A stretch of DNA of 64,000 nt from Propionibacteriaceae bacterium (lineage in GTDB: Bacteria; Actinomycetota; Actinomycetes; Propionibacteriales; Propionibacteriaceae). The position numbers were made by a program, and so were the translations under genes. The stretch covers positions 31,572 through 95,571 of the forward strand of contig JAISTQ010000005.1 in the NCBI GenBank assembly GCA_031272505.1, given 5' to 3'. Below are positions 57,680 through 64,000 of this stretch, in pieces. Under the pieces are notes generated by a model that saw only the letters and a list, made by a program, of their open reading frames with translations, did not search any database and was not told the DNA's origin. Position 1 is the stretch's first letter; each line of letters opens with the position of its first letter.

Positions 57680-58435
57680 TTACGCGGAGCCGAAGCGGCG
57701 GGTGCGGTGGGCGAAGGTCTCGATGGCGGCCCAGAGGTCGCGGCGGTCGAAATCAGGCCAGTATTTGTCGCAGAAGACCAGTTCGGCGTAGGCGGATTCG
57801 AAGAGCTGGAAATTGGAGAGGCGCTGCTCACCCGAAGAGCGGATGAAGAGGTCGACGTCGGGAATCTCGGGGTGGTAGAGGTAGCGGCGGAAAGTCTTCT
57901 CGTTGACGCGGCTGGGATTGACGCGGCCGGCGGCGGCGTCGGCGGCCAAACGGGCGGCCGCATCCACGATCTCGGCCCGGCCCCCGTAGTTCATGCAGAA
58001 CTGGAACGTCAACGTGTCGTTGTGCTTGCTGAGCTCCTCTGCGAACTGCAGCTCCTTGATGACGCTACGCCACAACCGTCCGGCTTGGCCAGCCCAGAGC
58101 ACCTTCACCCCCATCTCGTGCAGGGCGTCGCGGCGCCGGTGGATCACGGTGCGGTTGAAGCCGAGCAGCCAGCGCACCTCGTCAGGGGAGCGCCGCCAAT
58201 TCTCGGTGGAGAAGGCGAACACGCTGAGGTATTTCACCCCGATCTCAATCGCCCCCTCGATGACGTCGAAGAGCGCCCCTTCGCCGCGGGTGTGCCCTTC
58301 GGTGCGGGCCAGCCCCCGCTGCTTCGCCCAGCGCCCATTTCCGTCCATCACGATGGCGACATGGGCCGGGATCAGCTTCGGATCCAGGCTTGGTGGGGTG
58401 GCTCCGGACGGATGCGGCGTCGGCGGCTTAGGCAT
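57680..58435 (-). CDS. uppS: Isoprenyl transferase / undecaprenyl-diphosphate synthase
   Basis: 'HVAIVMDGNGRWA' and 'DLFIRSSGEQRLSNFQLFESAYAELVF'. Start placed at Met11 (58435); the ORF extends to 58465. Confidence 0.9.
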   Translation of the reverse strand: MPKPPTPHPSGATPPSLDPKLIPAHVAIVMDGNGRWAKQRGLARTEGHTRGEGALFDVIEGAIEIGVKYLSVFAFSTENWRRSPDEVRWLLGFNRTVIHRRRDALHEMGVKVLWAGQAGRLWRSVIKELQFAEELSKHNDTLTFQFCMNYGGRAEIVDAAARLAADAAAGRVNPSRVNEKTFRRYLYHPEIPDVDLFIRSSGEQRLSNFQLFESAYAELVFCDKYWPDFDRRDLWAAIETFAHRTRRFGSA

Positions 58436-58454
58436 ATTGGTATCGTAGCGTGCA

Positions 58455-59413
58455 TGAGTGGACATATTTATGTTTCACGGCGGCTCACCGTAGCGGCAAT
58501 GGAGTTGCTGGAGCAAGTCTCAGTGGAAAAGCAGATCGGCGGCGAGCTTCCGGCTACCCGCGCGGAGTTGTTGGCGGGCGCCGCCGGGGCAGCCGGGGTG
58601 ATCTCGATGCTGTCAGACAAGATTGACGCGGAGTTCTTCGACGCCGCCGGCCCACAGCTGAAAGTGGTGGCGAATCTGGCGGTCGGTTTCGACAACATTG
58701 ATCTCGCCGAGGCCGCGCAGCGGGGGGTCGTGATCACCAACACCCCCGGCGTGCTCGACAACGCCACCGCGGATTTGACGTTCGCGCTGCTGTTGGCCGT
58801 CACCCGCCGGATCGTGGAATCCGACGCCTGGGCGCGGGCTGGCAAACCGTGGCTCTGGGGGCCGAACGAATATGTGGGTTTGGATGTTTCCAACGGCACC
58901 ACGCTCGGCATTATCGGCTTGGGCCGGATCGGCGGCGCGGTCGCCAAGCGGGCCAAGGCTTTTGACATGCGGGTCATCGCCACCGCCCATCGCCATGAGG
59001 TCGGCGAGGTGGTTGACGGGGTGGAGATCGTCGAGTTGGACACCCTGCTTTCCGAGGCGGACGTGGTCAGCCTGCACGTCCCGCTCACCGCGGCCAACCG
59101 GCACTTGATCGACGCGGCCGCCATCGCCAAGATGAAGCGCGGCAGCTATCTCGTCAACGCCGCCCGTGGGGGAGTGGTTGACGAACTCGCGGTGGTCGCC
59201 GCTTTGGAATCCGGCCAACTCGCCGGCGCCGCCTTCGACGTCTTCGAGGGTGAGCCCAACATCCGTCCCGAACTGCGCGCCCGCCCGGACGTGGTGCTGG
59301 CCACCCACATCGGCTCGGCCGGCCGCAAAACCCGCGACACCATGGGCAAACTCTGCATCGACAACGTCCTCGCCGTGCTCTCCGACCAACCCGCCCTGAC
59401 CCCGGTCGAGTGA
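58455..59413 (+). CDS. D-isomer-specific 2-hydroxyacid dehydrogenase (glyoxylate/hydroxypyruvate reductase-like)
   Basis: 'LGIIGLGRIGGAVAKRA' NAD motif and 'NAARGGVVDE...HIGSA' catalytic region. Confidence 0.88.
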
Positions 59414-59475
59414 GCTGACGTTGCGGTATTGAGAATTGAGTGCGTGGCCACCAGTAGCGGCTAAGTATTGACGAT

Positions 59476-59523
59476 AATTCGCCAAGTTACTTGGTGATAT
59501 ATCGGCAAGTTACTTGGCGAATT
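59476..59523. promoter_or_regulatory. 48-bp near-perfect palindrome AATTCGCCAAGTTACTTGGTGATA|TATCGGCAAGTTACTTGGCGAATT
   Basis: 21 of 24 arm positions are complementary. AT-rich island upstream of the DUF4143 ATPase gene. Each arm contains the sub-palindrome CCAAGTTACTTGG. Confidence 0.6.
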
Positions 59524-59578
59524 GTCAAGGGTTACGGTAGGCTCAGTTCGTGGATAGGCTTAGAGAGAGGGTATGTAG

Positions 59579-60859
59579 GTGATAGAGCATCCCAATCCAT
59601 ACCAGGCGCGGGTGGTTGATGAGACGCTGCTGACGTTGATGCGCGCTGCAGGAGCAGTGGAGATTGTCGGGCCAAAGTGGTGTGGAAAGACCACGACGGC
59701 AGAGCAGTTGGCAAACAGCGCCGTGTACTTTCAAGACCCGGACACTCGACAGGCAAACCTGCAATTGGCTGCCAGCCGTCCGTCCTTGCTGTTGCAAGGG
59801 GAAAAGCCGGTGTTGCTTGACGAGTGGCAGGACGCTCCCTCGATTTGGGATGCGGTACGGTTCGCGGTCGATCGGGATTCGCGCCCAGGGCAATTTTTGC
59901 TTACTGGCTCCGCGACGCCCTCCAAAGCCGCTGAAGGGCAAGTTCGCCATTCGGGGACGGGCAGGTTTCTGAAGCTGCGGATGCGGCCGATGAGCCTCTA
60001 CGAATCCGGCGAGTCCAACGGGCAAGTGTCGCTGTCGGAACTGTTTCACTCGGTCGAACCGGCGGCGCAGTCACTATTGTCTCTTGAAGGCTTAGCCCAG
60101 GCGATTGTCCGAGGGGGGTGGCCAGCAACTGTGCTGCACACCGGAGGTGATCCGTTGGCCACTTCGCGGGGCTATCTAGAGTCTCTCGCGGAATCGGACA
60201 TCTCGAAGGTGGACGGGATGGAGAAGAATCCTCGTCGGGTCCGGTTGTTATTGCGCTCCTTAGCGCGCAACGAATCGACGCAAGCCGCCATGACCACCTT
60301 GCGAGCTGATATGGCGGCGGACGAGGGCAGCGTGTCCGTGAACACTATCGCCCTGTATCTGAATGCTCTCCGCCGGTTGTTCGTGCTCGACGAACAGGAG
60401 GCTTGGCCGGAAGGGGCGCGTTCGAAGGTGGCGCAGCGCAGTAGCCCGGTCAGACGGTTTTGTGACCCTTCGCTGGCTACTGCGGCATTGGGCATCACGG
60501 CAGACAAACTGCTGACCGACTACTCCACTCTTGGCCTGCTATTCGAGTCACTGTGCATCCGCGATTTGCGCGTCTATGCCGAGGCGAGCGGCGCTTCCGT
60601 CTTCCACTATCGGGATGCCCGCGACCTGGAGTGCGACGCCATTGTCGAAAATCTGGACGGAAGCTGGAGTGCGTTCGAGGCGAAACTTACGGCGTCAGGC
60701 TTCGACGATGCCGCCGCAAATCTGCTGAACATCAAGAAACACGTTCGTTCCCAACACGGTGGAGAGGCGTCTTTCCTCGCAATCCTGACCGCAGAACCTT
60801 ATGGCTACCTTCGCACCGACGGCGTTCTCGTATTGCCACTGGCCTGCCTCAAGCCGTAG
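59579..60859 (+). CDS. AAA-family ATP-binding protein with DUF4143 C-terminal domain
   Basis: Walker A 'GPKWCGKTT' and Walker B 'VLLDEWQ'. Lower GC and weaker GC3 bias than the neighbours. Confidence 0.75.
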   Translation: MIEHPNPYQARVVDETLLTLMRAAGAVEIVGPKWCGKTTTAEQLANSAVYFQDPDTRQANLQLAASRPSLLLQGEKPVLLDEWQDAPSIWDAVRFAVDRDSRPGQFLLTGSATPSKAAEGQVRHSGTGRFLKLRMRPMSLYESGESNGQVSLSELFHSVEPAAQSLLSLEGLAQAIVRGGWPATVLHTGGDPLATSRGYLESLAESDISKVDGMEKNPRRVRLLLRSLARNESTQAAMTTLRADMAADEGSVSVNTIALYLNALRRLFVLDEQEAWPEGARSKVAQRSSPVRRFCDPSLATAALGITADKLLTDYSTLGLLFESLCIRDLRVYAEASGASVFHYRDARDLECDAIVENLDGSWSAFEAKLTASGFDDAAANLLNIKKHVRSQHGGEASFLAILTAEPYGYLRTDGVLVLPLACLKP

Positions 60860-60910
60860 CGCGGCAGCGCCAGACCCGGCTGCTCGCCAAGTCGGCCTTC
60901 CGGCCCGCGT

Positions 60911-62158
60911 TCAGTTTGCGCGGTTGAAGAGTTCGATGGCGCGGGTGTAGACGTCGACGTAGCGGCGGGACATGGCGGCGGCGGTGAGGGAGTCGCTCAG
61001 GCTGTGGCTGGCGGCGCTCATGGCGGCGCGGCGGGCCGGGTCGGCGGCGAGTTGGGCCATGGCGGCGGCCAGATCGGGGGCCTCCTTGCCGGTGAGGATC
61101 GAGTTGTGCTCGTCCACCCCGATGGTGAGCCGCTCGTCGCAGTAGATGATTGGCGCGCCGGCGGCGGCCGCCTCGATGAGCACCATGGGTTGCACGTCGA
61201 AGTGGTAGGAGCCGAGGATGAACGCGTCGGCGTCGGCCATCTCCTGGGCGAGGCGGCGTTGGTCGCCGATCAGGCCGGTGAACAGCACCCGGCCTTTGGT
61301 GATCTTCTCAGCTTGACGCTTCAGCGCGGCGAACTCGCCCCCGTCACCGATGATCAGCAGCTCGGTGTCGTCATCGGCGAGCTGCGCGTAGGCCTCCAGG
61401 ATGACGTCCACCCTTTTCTGCTTGTCCAGCCGGCCCACCGAGAGGAACCGGGTGATGCCATCGCGTTCGCGTTTGCGCTTCACCTCCACGAAAGCCTGGG
61501 AGACCGCGTTCGGGATCACGCTCATCCGATCCGCGAGCGCGCCTCCGGAGGCGGCCACGATGGGATCGGCGATGTGCTTGGCGGGCGAGGTGGAGAGCGT
61601 CACATGGGCGGCGAAGCTCGCCAGGGAGCGGAAATCGCGCTTGTCGTAGGGGCTGTCTTCGTTGACGACCTGGTTCTCACCCATCTCAATCGGCGGCAGA
61701 TCCCCTTGGTAGCGGTCCAGCAGCTTCACCGCCAGCCCCTGCAGATATAGGTGCGAAACAAACCGGGAGGCGATCGGGGTGGTGAGGTGCGCGCCGGCGA
61801 AATTGGTGTGGAAGGTGTGCACCTGCGGCACTTGCAGCAGTTGGCGCAGCATCATCCCCAGATAGAAGGCGCCGCGTTCGTTCTGGGTGTGGATCACGTC
61901 CAGCGGATACTTGGCGGCGATGCGGCGCACCAATCCGCCCGTGGCGGCGGTGACGCACAGGTGGCTGGGGGTGCCCGGAAAGCGCCACACCGGCGTCTTG
62001 AAATACCCCCCGACCTCGGGCGCGTGGAAGTGGGTGCGCGGCGCGAACAGCGTCACCTCGTGCCCGGCGGCGTCCAGCGCGGCCAACTGCACCTGCAGCG
62101 AACGGCCGATGCCCCCGGATTCGGGGAAGAAGTCGTCAGTGAACAATCCAACCCGCAT
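60911..62158 (-). CDS. GT4-family glycosyltransferase
   Basis: GT-B fold; C-terminal 'FLSVGRLDKQKRVDVILEA...DAFILGSYHFDVQPMVLIEAAAAGAPII' EX7E-type motif. AAGGAG RBS. Confidence 0.85.
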   Translation of the reverse strand: MRVGLFTDDFFPESGGIGRSLQVQLAALDAAGHEVTLFAPRTHFHAPEVGGYFKTPVWRFPGTPSHLCVTAATGGLVRRIAAKYPLDVIHTQNERGAFYLGMMLRQLLQVPQVHTFHTNFAGAHLTTPIASRFVSHLYLQGLAVKLLDRYQGDLPPIEMGENQVVNEDSPYDKRDFRSLASFAAHVTLSTSPAKHIADPIVAASGGALADRMSVIPNAVSQAFVEVKRKRERDGITRFLSVGRLDKQKRVDVILEAYAQLADDDTELLIIGDGGEFAALKRQAEKITKGRVLFTGLIGDQRRLAQEMADADAFILGSYHFDVQPMVLIEAAAAGAPIIYCDERLTIGVDEHNSILTGKEAPDLAAAMAQLAADPARRAAMSAASHSLSDSLTAAAMSRRYVDVYTRAIELFNRAN

Positions 62159-62168
62159 GTGCGCTCCT

Positions 62169-62792
62169 TTACGCTTTGATGACGATGGCAGCCGCCTGCG
62201 AGCCCCAGGAATCGGCCAACACCACCGTGGTGTCGACTCGCTCGTAGAGAGTGAAATGCAGCCAGCCGGTGTACTCCTCGCCCTCCCGGAGCTCGGTCTT
62301 CACGAACGAAGGCTCCCGGTAGGAGGGGTAGCCGGTGTAGATGTCGGCCACCTTGTTGTCCATGGCGTGGAAGTAGGTGTCCACCCAGCCCTTGGTGGAA
62401 ATGATGTGGACGCAGACCTCCAGCCCGTCATCGGTGAACTCGTAGTCGGTGATCTCCCAGCGGCCGGTGGAGCTGCCCATCTCGAATGCCTCGCCCCAAG
62501 CGTCCTCGGTGGCGGTGACCTCGGTGGGGGTGGCGGTCGGCGTGGGAGTGATGCCGCCGTTCGGCAGGAAGTAGACCAGCCAGACGATCAGGGCCACCAG
62601 CGCGGCGAGTGCCGCTCCGATGATCCACGGGGCTTTCGGGCGGGGCGGGGCGAAATCCTCGACGCCGAGGCCGGGTTCTGGCGGCGGCGGGGCCGGGGTG
62701 ACGGCGGCCCAGTCGGTGGCCACAATCCCGCTGGACTTCGGTTTCGCCAACGGCGGGGGTGTCCATTCGGCAGGTGGTCGTTGCTCAGTCAT
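62169..62792 (-). CDS. Single-TM membrane-anchored protein with Pro-rich N-terminus and DUF4352-like extracytoplasmic domain
   Basis: Start placed at 'MTEQRPPAEW' (Met171 of a longer high-GC ORF). TM 'WIIGAALAALVALIVWLVYFL'. Weak RBS. Confidence 0.5.
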   Translation of the reverse strand: MTEQRPPAEWTPPPLAKPKSSGIVATDWAAVTPAPPPPEPGLGVEDFAPPRPKAPWIIGAALAALVALIVWLVYFLPNGGITPTPTATPTEVTATEDAWGEAFEMGSSTGRWEITDYEFTDDGLEVCVHIISTKGWVDTYFHAMDNKVADIYTGYPSYREPSFVKTELREGEEYTGWLHFTLYERVDTTVVLADSWGSQAAAIVIKA

Positions 62793-62828
62793 CTCCCTAA
62801 GCGTAGCGCGAAGCCGTAGAATAACCGG

Positions 62829-63923
62829 GTGCCTAGTGAATTGATTTTCTGGATTATCGTCGGCGTGATCGTCGCCGCGCTGGTGGCGGCCACCGTCGTG
62901 GTGCTGGTATCCAAGCGAAAAGTGCCACCGGCCGCCCCGGAAGCGGAGGTGGAGGTCGCCGCCCCGCCGGTTATGGAGGCGGAAGCGCCGTCCACACCAG
63001 CCCCCGAACCGCCCGCCTCCCGGCTGCAACGGCTGCGCCGCAAGCTGAGCGCCGCCGAGAATCCGTTCGCCAAGGCGCTGTTGAGCGTCTTGTCCGGCAC
63101 CAAGCTGGACGATGAGGCTTTCGACGACTTGGAGGCCACCTTGCTCACCGCCGATCTGGGCGTGGAGCCGACGGCCAAGCTGATCGAGGCGCTGCGCCGC
63201 GAGGCCGGGGTTTCCGGCACCGCCGATCCGGCCGAGATCAAGCAGGTCCTGCACGACGAGTTGGTCAAGCTCGGCCAGCCGGAGTTGGACCGCACTCTGC
63301 ATGTGAGCGGGGACGGAGTGCCTGGCGTGGTGCTGGTGGTGGGGGTGAACGGCACCGGCAAGACCACCACCATCGGCAAGCTGGCCCGGCTACTGGTGGC
63401 CACCGACCGCAGCGTGCTCTTGGGCGCGGCAGACACCTTCCGGGCGGCCGCCGCCGACCAGTTGCAGACGTGGGGAAGCCGCGTCGGGGTGGAGACGGTG
63501 CGCGGCGAGGAGGGCGCCGATCCGGCCTCGGTGGCTTACGCCGCCATTGAGGCGGGCATCGCGAAAGACGTGGACACCGTGGTGGTGGACACCGCCGGGC
63601 GGCTGCACAACAAGGCCGGGCTGATGGACGAGCTGGGCAAGATCAAGCGGGTGATCGAAAAGCAGGCCCCGATCACCGAGGTGCTGCTGGTGCTCGATGC
63701 CACCACCGGCCAGAACGGCCTGATCCAGTCGCGGGTCTTCGCCGAGGTGGTGGAGGTGACGGGCATCGTGCTCACCAAACTCGACGGTTCGGCCAAGGGC
63801 GGCATCGTGTTCGCGGTGCAGCAAGAGCTAGGCGTCCCGGTGAAGCTGGTCGGCCTGGGTGAGGGGCCGGACGATCTCGCCCCATTTGACGTTCCCGCCT
63901 TCGTCTCCGCGCTGCTCAGTTAA
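62829..63923 (+). CDS. ftsY: Signal recognition particle receptor FtsY
   Basis: N-terminal TM helix and acidic region. NG domain motifs 'GVNGTGKTTTIGKLA', 'DTAGR' and 'TKLDGSAKGG'. Confidence 0.93.
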   Translation: MPSELIFWIIVGVIVAALVAATVVVLVSKRKVPPAAPEAEVEVAAPPVMEAEAPSTPAPEPPASRLQRLRRKLSAAENPFAKALLSVLSGTKLDDEAFDDLEATLLTADLGVEPTAKLIEALRREAGVSGTADPAEIKQVLHDELVKLGQPELDRTLHVSGDGVPGVVLVVGVNGTGKTTTIGKLARLLVATDRSVLLGAADTFRAAAADQLQTWGSRVGVETVRGEEGADPASVAYAAIEAGIAKDVDTVVVDTAGRLHNKAGLMDELGKIKRVIEKQAPITEVLLVLDATTGQNGLIQSRVFAEVVEVTGIVLTKLDGSAKGGIVFAVQQELGVPVKLVGLGEGPDDLAPFDVPAFVSALLS

Positions 63924-63945
63924 ACTTTTCCCCGGAGGTATCCAG

Positions 63946-64000
63946 TGTTCGACAATCTGCAAAGCAAGCTCTCCAACTCGTTTCGCAACCTGCGCGGCAA
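63946..64000 (+). CDS. ffh: Signal recognition particle protein Ffh, 5' fragment (continues beyond the window)
   Basis: 'VFDNLQSKLSNSFRNLRG' matches the Ffh N-terminus (MFxNLxxxLxxxxRxLxG). GGAGG RBS at 63933-63937. Confidence 0.7.

Noticed and set aside
57707-58454. 5' part of the 568-aa plus-strand ORF preceding the 2-hydroxyacid dehydrogenase
   Set aside because: Antisense to uppS. The dehydrogenase starts at ATG 58455 (MSGHIYVSRRL), consistent with family N-termini.
62169-63302. Full 377-aa minus-strand ORF, and the 62789-63436 215-aa minus-strand ORF
   Set aside because: The upstream 170 codons are Gly/Arg/Gln-rich and overlap the ftsY 5' region on the other strand. Only the C-terminal 207 aa (from Met 62792) have membrane-protein character.

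Overview
High-GC (~68%) Actinomycetota chromosome segment, Actinomycetaceae-like by gene content and synteny. About 60 protein genes on both strands and one tRNA-Pro(UGG); no rRNA, CRISPR array, transposase or integrase was seen. Conserved core blocks: nusA(3' end)-ylxR-infB-rbfA-truB-ribF-GNAT; tig-clpP1-clpP2-clpX; ptsH-ptsI; leuA-argG; uppS; ftsY-ffh(5' end). Accessory blocks between them: (1) a secreted-hydrolase island with a 1,393-aa GH3 glycosidase divergent from two tandem papain-like C1 peptidases, all ending in lysine-rich Ig-like C-terminal modules with no LPXTG motif. (2) RarD and a GntR-tnaA (tryptophanase) pair. (3) A lower-GC carbohydrate island: RpiB, split transketolase, DeoC-like aldolase, HAD phosphatase, FGGY kinase, membrane protein, aldo/keto reductase. 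(4) An M15 D-Ala-D-Ala carboxypeptidase lipoprotein. (5) A co-directional run of adenosine deaminase, the complete three-gene AmmeMemoRadiSam system (MEMO1-like, AMMECR1, radical SAM), dhaL and dhaK. (6) A LAL-type LuxR regulator followed by a 450-bp structured intergenic region. (7) A DUF4405-like repeat membrane protein, tRNA-Pro, and a YdjGHI-like envelope module: lipoprotein, SPFH protein with Zn-ribbon tail, Zn-ribbon membrane protein, TPM/YgcG protein, small membrane protein, (Glu-Pro)22 repeat membrane protein. (8) A second RpiB. (9) A low-GC DUF4143 AAA ATPase preceded by a 48-bp near-perfect palindrome. (10) A GT4 glycosyltransferase and membrane protein. Candidate regulatory elements: a hairpin sequestering the infB Shine-Dalgarno, a leaderless Leu-Leu-Leu leader peptide with hairpin upstream of leuA, a sigma70-like promoter with direct-repeat operator for the carbohydrate operon, and a degenerate DtxR/MntR-like box at mntH. 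Gene calls rest on reading the translated ORFs against well-known families; start codons are approximate in several cases. Long ORFs antisense to conserved genes are high-GC artefacts and were rejected.
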